Origin: Oceanispirochaeta sp.
GTDB taxonomy: Bacteria; Spirochaetota; Spirochaetia; DSM-2461
NCBI GenBank assembly: GCA_963666275.2
Contig: CAXXOA010000001.1
Location: 1,312,001 to 1,376,000, forward strand
Reading direction: 5' to 3'
Length of the DNA stretch: 64,000 nt
Part shown: positions 1-11,660 of the stretch, piece after piece
Numbering within the stretch: the stretch's first letter is position 1
Layout of the letters: every line of letters starts with the position of its first letter
Made by a program: the position numbers and the translations under genes
Notes under the pieces: generated by a model
Told to the model about the DNA's origin: nothing
Seen by the model: the letters and a program-made list of their open reading frames with translations, nothing else
Databases searched by the model: none

Positions 1-2494
1 CTTCCGATTCAGGTTCTTTTAAGGGAAAATTCTCTAATAGCCGGTGGATATAGGCTGTTTGAATGTCCGCTTTAGCTGCTTCGTAGAGCAATTTGCTCAT
101 CCCCGGGCCTTCGTCAGTAAATTGGCTGATAAAGCCCAGGGGTTCCGCCAGGGTGAGAGCTTTCGCTATCATTTCCAGGGCACTTTTCCGATCATCTAAA
201 GCCTGCCAGGCCAGTGCCTGAAGAGTGAGGGATTCAATAATGGCAGTTGCTCGATTTTCTGAAACAGCTATTGATTCAGCCCATTTAAGGAGAAAAACCG
301 CTTCTTTCGGATGGCCCTGTGCAAGCCTGATTCGTGCGAGAACAAAATACAATTCTTCCTGGATACGCTGAGGAGGTTTGCTGGTATCAATGCTGAGCTC
401 ATCTGCCCATTGGACAGCTTCTTCAAGCTTTCCTTCTGCCAGCATAAGCCGGGCTTTCCATGACTCTGCTATTAATAGCTTTGGCAGAGGCAAATGGCGT
501 TGCCCCGCAAGACGTTTCACTTTCTGAATGGTGTTCCAGGCCCTTTCCCACTCTCCGCAGGAAAAGAATGTCCTGGCAACATAAATACTGCTCCGGGTTA
601 TATAGAAACCGTCTTCACAGCGGGAGGAACGTTCCATGGCCAGTTCAACCTGTTCCCGGGCGGTATCGGTTTCTCCCATTTCTGTCAGGACATCGCTGTA
701 GAAAGCAAAAAGCCAGCAGAATTTCGGATTTTCCGATATTTTAGAAATCTCTGAATCGAAAATCAGGCTTTTGCAAAGCTTTGCCGCTTCCCGTAGATTT
801 CCCTTACACCTCAGCATTTCTGCCTGTATCATCCCTGCAAAACTTATGAGTTCTCTATCGCCCAGTTGTTTTGCAGCAGACATGGCATCAGTCTGGACCT
901 GTTCGGCCTCTTTTATTAAGCCGGCATATTCATAGGCATAAGCCAGAACAATCAGCGCGAATGCCCGGGGTCTCATAATCTCACCCTCAGCGGCTGAAGA
1001 TCCCTGTTGTGCGATCAATTCCTGGTGGTATGCAAGCGCTCTTAAGCCCTGCTGAATACTTGCTTCAAAATTTCCTCTGTATGATTCAATAAAGGAATGG
1101 AATGCGGCTGCCATGGCCAGGCATTGAGTCCATTGAAGTCTGTTTTCCCGATTAGATGAATCCCTGGGAACAAGTGAGTTTTCCACAGCTCCGATGCATC
1201 GTTCTGCAATCTCCAGTTGTCCAGCCACGATCATAGACCAGGCTTCGAACAGAGCCAGGTAGGGCCTGGTCCCAAGGTATTCCTCGGGTATTGTTTCCAG
1301 CCAGCGTTTACGGGTCGCTTGTGATATTTTCTCAAAGTTTTCCCCCAGGTAGGCCTCAATCCAGCCTACAGCGCTTTCAAAGTCCCTGGCCAGGAGGTTA
1401 TGTTCAATGGCATCAAAATCATAATTATGTTGGGAAAACCAGAATCCTGCCTTTTTATGAAGTTCCGGAATATTCTCCTTTTGAGTCTCTCTCAGGTGTT
1501 GACGTAAAAGTTCTGCAAAAAGATGATGATAACGGTACCAACGGCGTTCATCATCCATAGGAATGATAAACAAATTACTTCTTTCCAGCATCTCCAGTAT
1601 CTTCTGCCCGTCTTTGCGGCCAGTGATTTCATCACAGAGTGAACCGCACATCCTTTCCAGAATGGAGGTCTGTATTAGAAAATCCTGAATTTCTCCATTC
1701 TGATTCCGTAGTACTTCTTCTACAAGATAATCCAATACCAGCCGATTGCTTCCGGTAAAAGATTGTATAAATAGTGGTATGTCTGTCTGTTTCTGGATAG
1801 AGAGTGCTGCAAGTTGAAGACTGGCTATCCACCCTTCGGTGCGTTGTTCAAGGGATTCTATAAGTTCTGAGTTCAGTTGGAGATTCATACCAACGTTCAT
1901 AAACTGAGCAATTTCATCTGTCAGAAATCGAAGTTCCTGAGCCCGAAGTTCATTCATTTGACCAGAAGCTCTCAGACGGGATAGACCAAGTTGGGGATCT
2001 TCCCGTGTGGAGAGGACCAGATGCATCTGGGAGGGAAGGTTGTCAATGAGAAATTCGAGAATTTCATCTATCTCCTGGTCATCAATTAAATGGTAGTCGT
2101 CTATAACCAGGATTATTTCCTGTGGTTGAGAAACAATTTCATTTATAAGACTGGTAAGCACCAACTCCGGAGCTGTCTGCTCCCCGGTCTGCATCATTTT
2201 CAGAGTCTCGCTACCTATTCTATTTTGAGTTGTTTCTATAGCTCCAACCAGATAACATAGAAACCGCAGCAGATCATTGTCTCTTTGATCCAGGGACAAC
2301 CAGGCCAGCTGCCGATCTGTTCCAAGAATCCACTCACTGATAAGCGATGTTTTTCCAAAGCCGGCTGGTGCTGACAGGAGGGTCAACTTCCGGTGAAGGT
2401 TATTATTTAAATGATCAACCAGACGCGGGCGAAAGACATATTCCGGTCTGACAGGTGGTATATGAAATTTGGTTTCTAATAATGGAATCGTCAT
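1..2494 (-). CDS. MalT-like ATP-dependent LuxR-family transcriptional regulator (partial; C-terminal HTH lies beyond the window start)
   Basis: Read manually on the minus strand from ATG at 2494: MTIPLLETKFHIPPVRPEYVFRPRLVDHLNNNLHRKLTLLSAPAGFGKTS (typical MalT N-terminus with Walker A), later AWLSLDQRDND, LVIDDYHLI, RTEGWIASLQLAA. GAGG RBS upstream. Missing from the ORF track, consistent with no stop inside the window. Confidence 0.9.
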   Translation of the reverse strand, partial: MTIPLLETKFHIPPVRPEYVFRPRLVDHLNNNLHRKLTLLSAPAGFGKTSLISEWILGTDRQLAWLSLDQRDNDLLRFLCYLVGAIETTQNRIGSETLKMMQTGEQTAPELVLTSLINEIVSQPQEIILVIDDYHLIDDQEIDEILEFLIDNLPSQMHLVLSTREDPQLGLSRLRASGQMNELRAQELRFLTDEIAQFMNVGMNLQLNSELIESLEQRTEGWIASLQLAALSIQKQTDIPLFIQSFTGSNRLVLDYLVEEVLRNQNGEIQDFLIQTSILERMCGSLCDEITGRKDGQKILEMLERSNLFIIPMDDERRWYRYHHLFAELLRQHLRETQKENIPELHKKAGFWFSQHNYDFDAIEHNLLARDFESAVGWIEAYLGENFEKISQATRKRWLETIPEEYLGTRPYLALFEAWSMIVAGQLEIAERCIGAVENSLVPRDSSNRENRLQWTQCLAMAAAFHSFIESYRGNFEASIQQGLRALAYHQELIAQQGSSAAEGEIMRPRAFALIVLAYAYEYAGLIKEAEQVQTDAMSAAKQLGDRELISFAGMIQAEMLRCKGNLREAAKLCKSLIFDSEISKISENPKFCWLFAFYSDVLTEMGETDTAREQVELAMERSSRCEDGFYITRSSIYVARTFFSCGEWERAWNTIQKVKRLAGQRHLPLPKLLIAESWKARLMLAEGKLEEAVQWADELSIDTSKPPQRIQEELYFVLARIRLAQGHPKEAVFLLKWAESIAVSENRATAIIESLTLQALAWQALDDRKSALEMIAKALTLAEPLGFISQFTDEGPGMSKLLYEAAKADIQTAYIHRLLENFPLKEPESE

Positions 2495-2594
2495 CAGCTG
2501 CCTCAGTACCGGAATAAGGTTGATGGAATAAATACATCATAACACAGAGTTCCAGGGTCCTGGACATTTTCCTGAAATTGCAGATGGAGAGGTA

Positions 2595-2843
2595 TCAGGT
2601 ATCAAGGAAATGTATTGATATGATAGGCAGTCCATGGTTATATAGCCTTCTGATTATCCCCAGCAAGGCAGCCTGATCTACCGTACAGGTCAGTATGGTC
2701 ACTGTATAAATCCCATCGATTAGACTGTGACAGATTCTCTCCACGTTGTCCCATTCCGAGTAGTGATTTTCCAGATTACCTAATGCCTTTATCTCATACC
2801 TTATGGTATTGAATAAAGTTAATTCGTCTTTGATTGTTTTCAT
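2595..2843 (-). CDS. Small conserved hypothetical protein of the type found beside MalT-like regulators
   Basis: ORF 2595..2900; likely start MKTIK at 2843. Motifs YEIKALG.L...YSEW and VDQAALLGIIRRLYNHGLPIISI. Confidence 0.55.
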   Translation of the reverse strand: MKTIKDELTLFNTIRYEIKALGNLENHYSEWDNVERICHSLIDGIYTVTILTCTVDQAALLGIIRRLYNHGLPIISIHFLDT

Positions 2844-3167
2844 ACTCAGGATTCTAATCCCGGGACAATCTCTGTCACATACCTCCGAGGTATTATTCAA
2901 AGGAGTATTTTCAAATATTCTGATTGCTCATATTACAGCCCATAGGGACGATTCTAAAAAAATCGGGAAATGCAGCAGAAAAAATGCGCTATGAATTGAG
3001 ACCATACTATGCTGAAAATTGTTCACAAAAATAATTCAGGAGATTGATTCTGATTTTACCATCAAGCAGATGTTCATCAGAATTATCCGCACCCTCTCTT
3101 TTCATGTGTATTGGACTTTCCCTCCCGCTCATAAGATAATTTAAAGAGCAGCCCCTCAGGAGTCCCT

Positions 3168-4433
3168 ATGAGTAAAATAAAATATCCTGTCCTGATCTTT
3201 CTGGTTCTGCTCTTTTCCCCTCTGTACTCCCAGTCGGCAGAGCTTGTTATCGAGTCTCTTATCAGTAAACTGACGCTGGAGTTCAGAAATACCCATCCCG
3301 ACCTGGCGTTCCAGCCCAATCTGGCGGTATTTCCCGTTCAGAATCAGTCTCCCTCGGCTGAGGAGTACGAGGTGGGGCCGGCGTTTACAGCCATTATCCG
3401 ATCCCTTCTGGAGCGGTCCCTGATTTTCAATCTGGTGGACGAAGAGCTCCGGGACGAAATGATCGAGGAGATCAAATTTTCTCTTACCGGACTGGCTTCG
3501 GGCAGCCTGGAAACCGGAGAGATCCAGCTGGCAGAGTACTTCCTGGTGGGCAGCGTCACAGAGCTGGGGGAGGACTTCCGTCTGTCCCTGCAGATTGTAT
3601 CGGTGGAAACCGGCGAAGTTCTGGTCAGCGCCGCTGAGGCTATTCCCAAAGAAGAGGTTTTTGAAACCTCCGAAGCCTATACCGCCGCCTATGTGAGCCC
3701 CTACGGGCTGGGGATCGAGTTCGGCCTGACTCCCTGGGCTACAACCATGGGAGAGATGGCCCAAAGGGAAGGGCAGCCCCATCCGCAGGAGTTTAACCTT
3801 TTTTCCATTATGCTCCATTACAGGATCCGCAAGTGGCTTGTGGCCTGGGGCGGTCTGGCACTGGCTCCGGGGGCCGTGCGGTTTGACAAGTCCTATAATG
3901 AGAAGGGCATTATTCTGGATGCGGAGGACGTTGAGAATATGGCAGCGGATCTACCGGAGGGATCAACGATTACCTACTCCAAAGACAGGTCGCCCTATTT
4001 TTCCCTTCATCTGGGAGCCGGGTATGTGTGGAACTTTTCAAAAACCCTGAACCTGACGGCCGGTGCGGAGCTGAGTATGGCCCAGACCTTCCTGGAACAG
4101 GAATACACCATACCACTGGATGATTCCCAGATGACCTACGGGACCTATACGGTGACTTCCAATGATATTTCCCTGTATACAATCGCTCCGACCTTAAAGG
4201 TTCAGTATTTTGTGACCCCCCGTGTGGCTTTTCAGTTCACCTACCAGTTCAAATATCAGATAAATAAAGATACCGAATCTACCAACTACTTTTTCAGGGA
4301 CGGTTCCTACAGTGACGGAACACCGATTCCGGAGCTCTATGACCTGGATCCTACAGTCGATCCCTATGGAGAGAAGCATATCACCGATATGTCCGGCCAT
4401 ACGGTCAATATGGGGGTGGGGTTCTATTTTTAG
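3168..4433 (+). CDS. Exported protein: CsgG/FlgO/TolB-N-like domain plus C-terminal outer-membrane beta-barrel (copy 1, intact)
   Basis: Signal peptide; NLAVFPV...AEYFLVGSVTELGEDFRLSLQIVSVETGEVL is CsgG/TolB-N-like; alternating hydrophobic strands end in GVGFYF (aromatic C-terminus typical of BamA substrates); AGGAG RBS. Confidence 0.65.
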   Translation: MSKIKYPVLIFLVLLFSPLYSQSAELVIESLISKLTLEFRNTHPDLAFQPNLAVFPVQNQSPSAEEYEVGPAFTAIIRSLLERSLIFNLVDEELRDEMIEEIKFSLTGLASGSLETGEIQLAEYFLVGSVTELGEDFRLSLQIVSVETGEVLVSAAEAIPKEEVFETSEAYTAAYVSPYGLGIEFGLTPWATTMGEMAQREGQPHPQEFNLFSIMLHYRIRKWLVAWGGLALAPGAVRFDKSYNEKGIILDAEDVENMAADLPEGSTITYSKDRSPYFSLHLGAGYVWNFSKTLNLTAGAELSMAQTFLEQEYTIPLDDSQMTYGTYTVTSNDISLYTIAPTLKVQYFVTPRVAFQFTYQFKYQINKDTESTNYFFRDGSYSDGTPIPELYDLDPTVDPYGEKHITDMSGHTVNMGVGFYF

Positions 4434-4547
4434 AGGGATTTTTGAGTAGACAGAGGATATCTCAAAAAATCATCCATTTTAATTGATTACAGATTTCCAA
4501 AATGCAGTATTTCAAAAACATCTCTATAAATGATAGAATTATGACTT

Positions 4548-6011
4548 ATGTCCCTGGATTACTTCGAACTGAAAGAGATGCGGAAAAAACACCCCGCCTG
4601 GCGGCTTATGGCGGCGGAAAACAGTCCCTTGATTGCCGGTTTCCTGGACCGGATCTTTTCAGATGCAAAGATCCGGCAGATCAGCGAAGGAGAAATTCTT
4701 ATGCTTCTGGAGGATTATCTGTATTCTCTCAGAGAACTGGAATCGGAAGAGCGATTTCCGCGGACCGCAGGGGAATATCTGACTGAATGGAGCCGTAATG
4801 AACGGGGCTGGCTCAGAAAATTCTATCCTCTGGGGTTTGATGAACCCCATTTCGACCTTACCCCGGCCAGTGAAAAAGCTCTGCAATGGATGAGAGAACT
4901 CTTCGAACGGACTTTCATCGGCACCGAAAGCCGTTTGTACTCTAGTATTGAACTTCTGAAGCAGATCATCCATGGGATGGAAGAAAATGAAGAGACCAGG
5001 ATCGGGAGGTTGGAAGAGCAAAAGAAACAGATCGACCTGGAGATACAGAAAATTCGGGATGGTTATGTGCCTCTGCTTAGTGAACGGGAAGTACGGGAGC
5101 GATTTCTTCAGTTCCAGAGGCAGTCGGGTGAATTGCTCAGTGATTTCCGTGCGGTGGAACAAAATTTCAGGAATCTGGACCGGGATATCCGGGAGAAAAT
5201 AGCCTCATGGACAGGAGAGAAGAGTTCGCTGCTGAAGATTCTTCTGGGAGAGAGAGATTCCATTTCCGGTTCTGATGAAGGTCAGAGCTTTTCCGCATTC
5301 TGGGGATTTCTCATGTCTTCCGCCAGCCAGGAAGAGCTATCGGATCTTCTGGATGCGGTATGTTCCCTGGAATCAGTTCAAACCCTGGAAAATCCGGACC
5401 GTTATAAACGGATACATTTCGACTGGATGCTGGCAGGAGAACAGACTCAGAGAACAGTTGCACGTCTCAGTCAGCAGCTTCGGCGATTTCTGGATGATAA
5501 AAGCTATTATGAGAACCGGAGAATCAGCCGCCTGCTGGACGGAATTGAACAGAAAGCCATTAAACTCAGAGATGCACTTCCCGAGGGGGATTTTATGACT
5601 CTAGACGGCTTTCGCCCTGAAATCCATCTTCCCATGGAGCAGCCCCTATTTTCTCCTCCCGTTTCTGATGTCCTTAAAGCGGAAGTGGAAGAACCAGATT
5701 TTAACGTTCTAGACGATCAGGTCCTTTTTAATCAGGTGGTGGTGGATAAACTTGTCCTGAAAAAACAGATTCAAACCTGTCTGGAAACCAAAGACCAGGC
5801 TTCCCTCTCGGAAGTTTTAGAGGAATTTCCCTTGGAAGAAGGATTGGCTGAACTGATAAGTTACCTTTCTCTGGCAGAAGAGAGCTTAACCGCTTCTGTT
5901 GACGAACAAGTCCGGGAAAATATCCAATGGATCGATAGAGCCGGGATTTTAAGAACAGCCCGAATGCCCCTTATTCTTTTTCAGAGGAGACGAGATGGAC
6001 AGTCAGGATAA
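4548..6011 (+). CDS. jetA: Wadjet JetA (DUF3375)
   Basis: HPAWRLMAAENSPL, GWLRKFY, FIGTESRL and SDEGQSFSAFW motifs; first gene of a four-gene overlapping operon. Confidence 0.9.
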   Translation: MSLDYFELKEMRKKHPAWRLMAAENSPLIAGFLDRIFSDAKIRQISEGEILMLLEDYLYSLRELESEERFPRTAGEYLTEWSRNERGWLRKFYPLGFDEPHFDLTPASEKALQWMRELFERTFIGTESRLYSSIELLKQIIHGMEENEETRIGRLEEQKKQIDLEIQKIRDGYVPLLSEREVRERFLQFQRQSGELLSDFRAVEQNFRNLDRDIREKIASWTGEKSSLLKILLGERDSISGSDEGQSFSAFWGFLMSSASQEELSDLLDAVCSLESVQTLENPDRYKRIHFDWMLAGEQTQRTVARLSQQLRRFLDDKSYYENRRISRLLDGIEQKAIKLRDALPEGDFMTLDGFRPEIHLPMEQPLFSPPVSDVLKAEVEEPDFNVLDDQVLFNQVVVDKLVLKKQIQTCLETKDQASLSEVLEEFPLEEGLAELISYLSLAEESLTASVDEQVRENIQWIDRAGILRTARMPLILFQRRRDGQSG

Positions 6012-6597
6012 GAGTACCGTGTTTTCCCTATTGCTGATAAAACTCATGAAGTCGGTGATGAACAGGGATGATAATCCCGTTCAATGGCAGCAGCTTCTTC
6101 AAAATCAGGGAGATCTGAGTGATTATCTGTCCCGGATGGCTCTGGAGTTGGTGATTTTTGAAGATGAAGGGTTCGCCTATTTGAAAAACAGGGAAGAGGA
6201 AGGGGGAGAGGAAATGCCTCGGATGATTGCCAGGAGACCCCTGTCTTATCCGGTCAGTCTTCTCATTGCCCTGCTCAGGAGAAAAATGGCTGAACACGAT
6301 GCCGGCAGCGGGGAAGTCCGTATCATTTTGGACAAACAGGAAATTGTAGACATGATGGCCGTATATTTTCCTTCGGGCATGAACGAAGTACAGTTTGTCC
6401 GTAAGGTCGATGCTTATTTGAAAAGAGTGATGGATATGGGGTTTCTCCGCTATCTGGGAGAAAACAGAGAAAAAATGGAAATTAAAAGGATATTGAAGGC
6501 TTTTGTTGACGCCCAGTGGCTTAATGAATTTGATCAGAAGATGGAAGAGTATACCGCTTACAAGGGAAAATCTGAAACGGTGGAGATAGCCGAATGA
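5995..6597 (+). CDS. jetB: Wadjet JetB (DUF4194)
   Basis: [23 protein letters not shown] and [11 protein letters not shown] motifs; overlaps jetA and jetC. Confidence 0.9.
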   Translation: MDSQDKSTVFSLLLIKLMKSVMNRDDNPVQWQQLLQNQGDLSDYLSRMALELVIFEDEGFAYLKNREEEGGEEMPRMIARRPLSYPVSLLIALLRRKMAEHDAGSGEVRIILDKQEIVDMMAVYFPSGMNEVQFVRKVDAYLKRVMDMGFLRYLGENREKMEIKRILKAFVDAQWLNEFDQKMEEYTAYKGKSETVEIAE

Positions 6598-9500
6598 ATG
6601 AAATGGACGGATTTCTTGAGTTTTCCGATGATGATCGTCGGGCGGGATTTCGTCTTCACAGACTGGAGATGTTCAACTGGGGAACCTTTCATAAAAGTAT
6701 CTGGGAATTTCCCCTGGACGGCAGCAATGGCCTTCTGACAGGAGACATCGGTTCGGGAAAATCCACACTGGTGGATGCTTTGACCACACTGCTCGTTCCA
6801 CCGGGAAAAATACGGTATAACAAGGCGGCCGGCGCTGAGAAGAAGGAACGTTCTCTCCGATCCTATGTTATGGGCTATTATAAGTCCGAACGCAGTGATG
6901 AAGGGCATGCGGCCAAACCCGTTCCCTTACGGGCTCGAAACAGCTATTCCGTGCTTCTGGCCGTATTCAGAAATGAAGGATTCAATCAGACAGTAACCCT
7001 CGCCCAGGTATTCTGGCAGAAAGACAGCTCCGGTCAGCCCTCCCGATTCTATCTGGTTTCTGATGATGAGCTGAATATCCGTGATCATTTTTCTGATTTT
7101 AATGGAGACATCAATGTTCTCCGTAAAGCCCTCCGTAGCAGAGAACATACGGAACCCCCTTTTGATAACTTTCCACCCTATGGTTCAGCCTTCCGGCGCC
7201 GGTTTGGTTTACAGAATGAACAAGCCCTGGAGCTCTTCCATCAAACAGTGTCTATGAAATCTATTGGGAACCTGACGGCCTTTGTTCGGGAGCATATGCT
7301 GGAAGCCTTCGATGTGGAACCAAGACTTGAGGCTCTGATCACTCATTTCGATGATCTGAACCGTGCTCACGCAGCAGTACTTAAGGCGAAGGATCAGATT
7401 GCCAGACTGACACCTTTAGCCGCAGATCTGGATACCCATGACGAGCTTAGGCAACAGCTTCTGAAAGACAGGACGTGCCGTGATGGGCTGGAACCCTATT
7501 TTTCCCGTAAAAAACAGAAGCTTCTGGAAGAACGTATCCTTGGCTTGGAAGAGAAACAGCAGAAGAAAGCTCTATCCCTCGCTTCTATGGAAGAGGTGCA
7601 GTTACAACAGGAAAACGAACGAGATAATCTGAAGAAAGCGATCTATGAAAATGGCGGAGACCGTCTGGAGCTGCTTAAATCCGAGAAGGGAAAGGCCATC
7701 GGCGAGAAGACAAGGTGTTTTGAACGCTATGGGGAATACCTGAAACTGGCACAGCAGCTGGACCTTTCCGAACTGCGTTCGTCGGAGGATTTCATAGACA
7801 ACAGGAAAGCCGCTGAGGGATTTCTGGTAGAACTGGAAGAGCAGAGCCGGGAAGGGGAGAACAGAAAAACAGAAATCACCGTTGAATTTGTTGATCATAA
7901 AAAACAGCACAATGATTTGAGTCATGAAATTGAGTCACTCCAATCAAGGAAGAGTAATATTGAATCCAGACAGCTTTCTATAAGAGAGAGACTCTGCTCC
8001 GAACTAGGCCTGGACGAAGAAGAGCTGCCCTTCGCCGGGGAGCTTATCAAGGTTCGTGAGAGCTGTGCCGAATGGGAAGGCGCTATAGAAAGAGTACTCA
8101 GGAATTTTGCCATGAGTCTTTTGGTTCCCGATAAGTTCTACAAAGATGTGGCCTTGTGGGTTGATCGAACCCATTTGAAAGGCCGCCTTGTATTCTTCAG
8201 AACACCGGAAAGTCGGGAAAGGCAGCTCTATGAGCATGCGGATGATTCCTTATTGAATAAAATTGACCTAAAGAGCAGCCATCCTCTGGGGAACTGGCTG
8301 GAAAAAGAGCTTCATAAACGTTTTGATTACAGTTGCTGCGATACCATGGAAAGTTTCCGCCTGGCCAGTAAAGGGCTTACCAGAATGGGGTTGATGAAAA
8401 GCGGAGGAGCCCGTCATGAAAAGGATGATCGGCACAGAATTGACGATAGAAGCCGTTATGTTCTAGGTTGGATCAACCGTTCTAAACTGAATACCCTGGG
8501 ACAAATGCTTCGGCAGTTGGAAAAGAAAATGCAGGATATCAGCAGTAAAATGGCCTCTTTGGATAAAGAGGCAGGACTCAGGGATGACAGGAAAAAAACT
8601 GCCATTGGACTCGGGCATTATACACGGTTTGAAGAACTCCACTGGCAGCCACTGGCAGAAAGAATCGATAGTATAAATAAGGAAATCAGTCAACTCGAAG
8701 CCAGCTCGGATATCCTTAATACCCTGAATGTCCGTTTGGAAGCTCTGGAATCTGCACGCCGGGAAATGAAAGAGGCTCTGGTCAAAGCCCGGAAGGATTT
8801 GGCCACTATTGAAGAGAAAATCCGGAATTTCAGGGAACAGAGGGATCAGGCTGAAGCTTTAGCGGAAGAGTCGGAAACAAATTCTGACGAATGGTCCCTC
8901 TTGATTGAGCCTCTTATTGATGAAGCCCTTGAAGGTCGCCGTTTTACCGTTGAAAGTTGCGATGCCAGACAGCATGAGCTTCGTAACTGGCTGCAGAGCC
9001 GTATTGATGCCGTTTCGAAACGTCTGGATCGGCTAGGGCAGAAAATTGTCCGGGATATGCAGGATTTCAAACGGGATTATCTGAGCGAAACCAGCGAAAT
9101 CGATGCTGTTATAGAGGCCGGCAGTGAATTCAGATCTATTCTGGAGCGACTGAAGCGGGACGATTTGCCTCAGTTTGAACAACGTTTTAAGGAACTTTTA
9201 AACGAAAATACGATTCGTGAAATCGCCAACTTTCAGGCACAGCTCAACAGAGAGAGGAAAGAGATTGAAGACAGGATAGCAAAAATAAATCGTTCCATGT
9301 CTTCCATTGAATACAATAAAGACCGTTATATACTCCTGGATGTAATGAATTCCAACGATGTGGAAATACGGCAATTCAGACAGGATCTGAGAAGCTGCAC
9401 CGAAGGCAGCCTGGATGGAAATAGGGATGAACAGTATACAGAACGGAAATTTCTGGAAGTAAGGAAGATCGTCGACCGCTTCCGTGGGCGGGAAGGGAGC

Positions 9501-9968
9501 GCAGAATTGGACCGGAAATGGACAAAGAAAGTTACGGATGTACGAAACTGGTTCGACTTTGCCGCTTCGGAACGCTGGAACGAGGATGACAGCGAATATG
9601 AACATCATACCGATTCTGGGGGGAAATCGGGGGGACAGAAGGAAAAACTGGCTTATACGGTTCTGGCCGCCAGCCTGGCTTATCAGTTCGGACTGGAATT
9701 TAATGAAGTCCGTTCCCGAAGTTTTCGATTCGTGGTTATCGACGAAGCATTCGGTCGTGGATCCGATGAATCTGCTCGATACGGACTGGAACTCTTCAGG
9801 AAATTGAACCTCCAGCTCCTTGTGATTACTCCGCTTCAGAAAATTCATATCATCGAGCCTTTTGTCTCCAGTGTGGGATTTGTTTCAAATGAAAATGGAA
9901 AAAGATCCCTCCTGCGGAATTTCACTATCAAAGAATACCGACAGCGGAAGGAAGAGCTTATTCAATGA
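6594..9968 (+). CDS. jetC: Wadjet JetC, SMC-like ATPase
   Basis: FNWGTF, Walker [10 protein letters not shown], long coiled coil, signature KSGGQKEKL, Walker B VVIDEAF; 1124 aa. Confidence 0.93.
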   Translation: MNEMDGFLEFSDDDRRAGFRLHRLEMFNWGTFHKSIWEFPLDGSNGLLTGDIGSGKSTLVDALTTLLVPPGKIRYNKAAGAEKKERSLRSYVMGYYKSERSDEGHAAKPVPLRARNSYSVLLAVFRNEGFNQTVTLAQVFWQKDSSGQPSRFYLVSDDELNIRDHFSDFNGDINVLRKALRSREHTEPPFDNFPPYGSAFRRRFGLQNEQALELFHQTVSMKSIGNLTAFVREHMLEAFDVEPRLEALITHFDDLNRAHAAVLKAKDQIARLTPLAADLDTHDELRQQLLKDRTCRDGLEPYFSRKKQKLLEERILGLEEKQQKKALSLASMEEVQLQQENERDNLKKAIYENGGDRLELLKSEKGKAIGEKTRCFERYGEYLKLAQQLDLSELRSSEDFIDNRKAAEGFLVELEEQSREGENRKTEITVEFVDHKKQHNDLSHEIESLQSRKSNIESRQLSIRERLCSELGLDEEELPFAGELIKVRESCAEWEGAIERVLRNFAMSLLVPDKFYKDVALWVDRTHLKGRLVFFRTPESRERQLYEHADDSLLNKIDLKSSHPLGNWLEKELHKRFDYSCCDTMESFRLASKGLTRMGLMKSGGARHEKDDRHRIDDRSRYVLGWINRSKLNTLGQMLRQLEKKMQDISSKMASLDKEAGLRDDRKKTAIGLGHYTRFEELHWQPLAERIDSINKEISQLEASSDILNTLNVRLEALESARREMKEALVKARKDLATIEEKIRNFREQRDQAEALAEESETNSDEWSLLIEPLIDEALEGRRFTVESCDARQHELRNWLQSRIDAVSKRLDRLGQKIVRDMQDFKRDYLSETSEIDAVIEAGSEFRSILERLKRDDLPQFEQRFKELLNENTIREIANFQAQLNRERKEIEDRIAKINRSMSSIEYNKDRYILLDVMNSNDVEIRQFRQDLRSCTEGSLDGNRDEQYTERKFLEVRKIVDRFRGREGSAELDRKWTKKVTDVRNWFDFAASERWNEDDSEYEHHTDSGGKSGGQKEKLAYTVLAASLAYQFGLEFNEVRSRSFRFVVIDEAFGRGSDESARYGLELFRKLNLQLLVITPLQKIHIIEPFVSSVGFVSNENGKRSLLRNFTIKEYRQRKEELIQ

Positions 9969-11146
9969 ACTGGGGAACCGCCTTTGAGGTCCGGAAGACA
10001 CTTATAAAACGTTGGGATTCAGGAGCTTTAATCAGGCAATTGAAAACAGAAGGACTGGACTTTCCTTTTCGATTAGCTCTGAAAAAGCCTAACTCAAAAG
10101 AACTGAGCGAATTTTTTGAGCAAGTCAGGAACTGGAGCCTGGAGTTGGAAGAACAATGCTTCAACGCTTCCTGGGAACTTGAAAAGACTGAAGTGAATCA
10201 CAGACTGCTGGGGCGCAACCGGATACCCTCGGCCCTGGTCTTTGCAGATTCAAACGCAATCCTGGAATGTATTGGAAAACGGAAAGTTTATGAAGCGTAT
10301 CTCCAATTATATACAACTTTAACGGATCCTTTTCCCGAACTGGAGGAGTGGGCTCTTCAGAAACCTCATCAACTTCTGGAACAGAAAGATGAACTGGAAC
10401 GGTTAATCCGAATACTGAAATGGATAAAAGTCCATCCCCGTCCGGGAATCTATCTGCGGCAGTTAGCCCTGGATGGAGTGGATACAAAATTTATCGAAAG
10501 GAAACGGGGGATTTTATCCGTATGGTTGGATCGGATACTGGAAGAATCGGCTATTGATGTAAAGTATTCCGGAGTTCGGCATTTTGCAAAGCGTTACGGA
10601 TTTCTTAGTAAGCCCGAACTGATCCGAATGTTGTTTCCCCATGTTTCTGACAGCCCCAGCGGTTTCAGCGATCTCAGTGTACGATCTGACGAGTTCTGTC
10701 AGAGGCCTATACGCATAAAGAGAGTCATTGTTATTGAAAACGATATTACTGCCCTGGCCTTCCCTACGCTGCAGGATAGTCTGATCCTATTTGGACGCGG
10801 ATATGATTTCTCCGCTCTTGAACAGGCTGACTGGCTGCAGGAAAGAGATCTCTATTATTGGGGCGATCTGGATACCCACGGATTTGCCATACTTTCTCAG
10901 TTCCGCGGGGTTTTTCCACAGACCCGCTCTCTGATGATGGACCGGAAAACTCTTCTTGATCATAAAGATCTTTGGTCGGCTGAAGAGAAGCCAGTTAAAA
11001 TGCTTCCTAATAATCTGACACCTTCTGAAAAATCTCTTTTCAGAGATCTGGCAGCAGACAAATACGGAAAAAATATCCGTTTGGAACAGGAGTTGATCAG
11101 TTATCCACATATTGTAGATTCTTTGGAATCTTATTTTTCTATGTAA
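9965..11146 (+). CDS. jetD: Wadjet JetD, TOPRIM nuclease (DUF3322 + DUF2220)
   Basis: [32 protein letters not shown] and RLEQE motifs; ATGA overlap with jetC. Confidence 0.92.
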   Translation: MNWGTAFEVRKTLIKRWDSGALIRQLKTEGLDFPFRLALKKPNSKELSEFFEQVRNWSLELEEQCFNASWELEKTEVNHRLLGRNRIPSALVFADSNAILECIGKRKVYEAYLQLYTTLTDPFPELEEWALQKPHQLLEQKDELERLIRILKWIKVHPRPGIYLRQLALDGVDTKFIERKRGILSVWLDRILEESAIDVKYSGVRHFAKRYGFLSKPELIRMLFPHVSDSPSGFSDLSVRSDEFCQRPIRIKRVIVIENDITALAFPTLQDSLILFGRGYDFSALEQADWLQERDLYYWGDLDTHGFAILSQFRGVFPQTRSLMMDRKTLLDHKDLWSAEEKPVKMLPNNLTPSEKSLFRDLAADKYGKNIRLEQELISYPHIVDSLESYFSM

Positions 11147-11175
11147 ATAAGCAGCACCCTCTAACAGTTTAAAGA

Positions 11176-11535
11176 TCAGGTTCTAAAGCGTCCGAAGTTC
11201 TGCTGCAGTTCTTCTACAATGGTATTCAGTTCGCCCGACATGGAAACCATCATCTGAGTGGAATCCGCAATTTCCTGAATGCTTGTTCTGGCATCGGTCA
11301 TTTCCCATGCAACCGAACGGGAGGCATTCCGCATTTTGGAAGAGCTGTCCAGCATCATTTCTGTACCCTGTTTGATATCATTGGATCCCTGCCGGATCGA
11401 AAGGGTAATGTCATGGATGTTGTTGGAGGATTCCAGGATTTTCTGGCCTCCCTGATCCAGTTCCTCCACGGACTGTATAATTTCGGTAAAGGCATTGATT
11501 GTATAGTTAACCTCTTCTGCCACCAGTTCAATGGC
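11176..11535 (-). pseudogene. 3' fragment of a methyl-accepting chemotaxis protein
   Basis: Heptad-like signalling-tail sequence (AFTEIIQSVEELDQGGQKILES...ELQQNFGRFRT*) typical of spirochaete MCP C-termini; the 5' side abuts unrelated sequence at ~11535. Confidence 0.7.
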
Positions 11536-11660
11536 CCAATCTGGCCGTTCTGCCCGTGCAGAACCAGTCTCCCTCGGCAGAGGAATACGGTAAGCGTCAA
11601 ATAAACCGCATCTAAAATTCTCCAAGTCATCCCGGTACAATCTCCATCAGGAGATTTACT

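Noticed and set aside
460..1832. Short ORFs listed in the first 2 kb
   Set aside because: They are shadows of the long minus-strand MalT-like gene.
11176..11640. Intact 154-aa protein
   Set aside because: Chimera of IS66 end, antisense OMP remnant and MCP tail.
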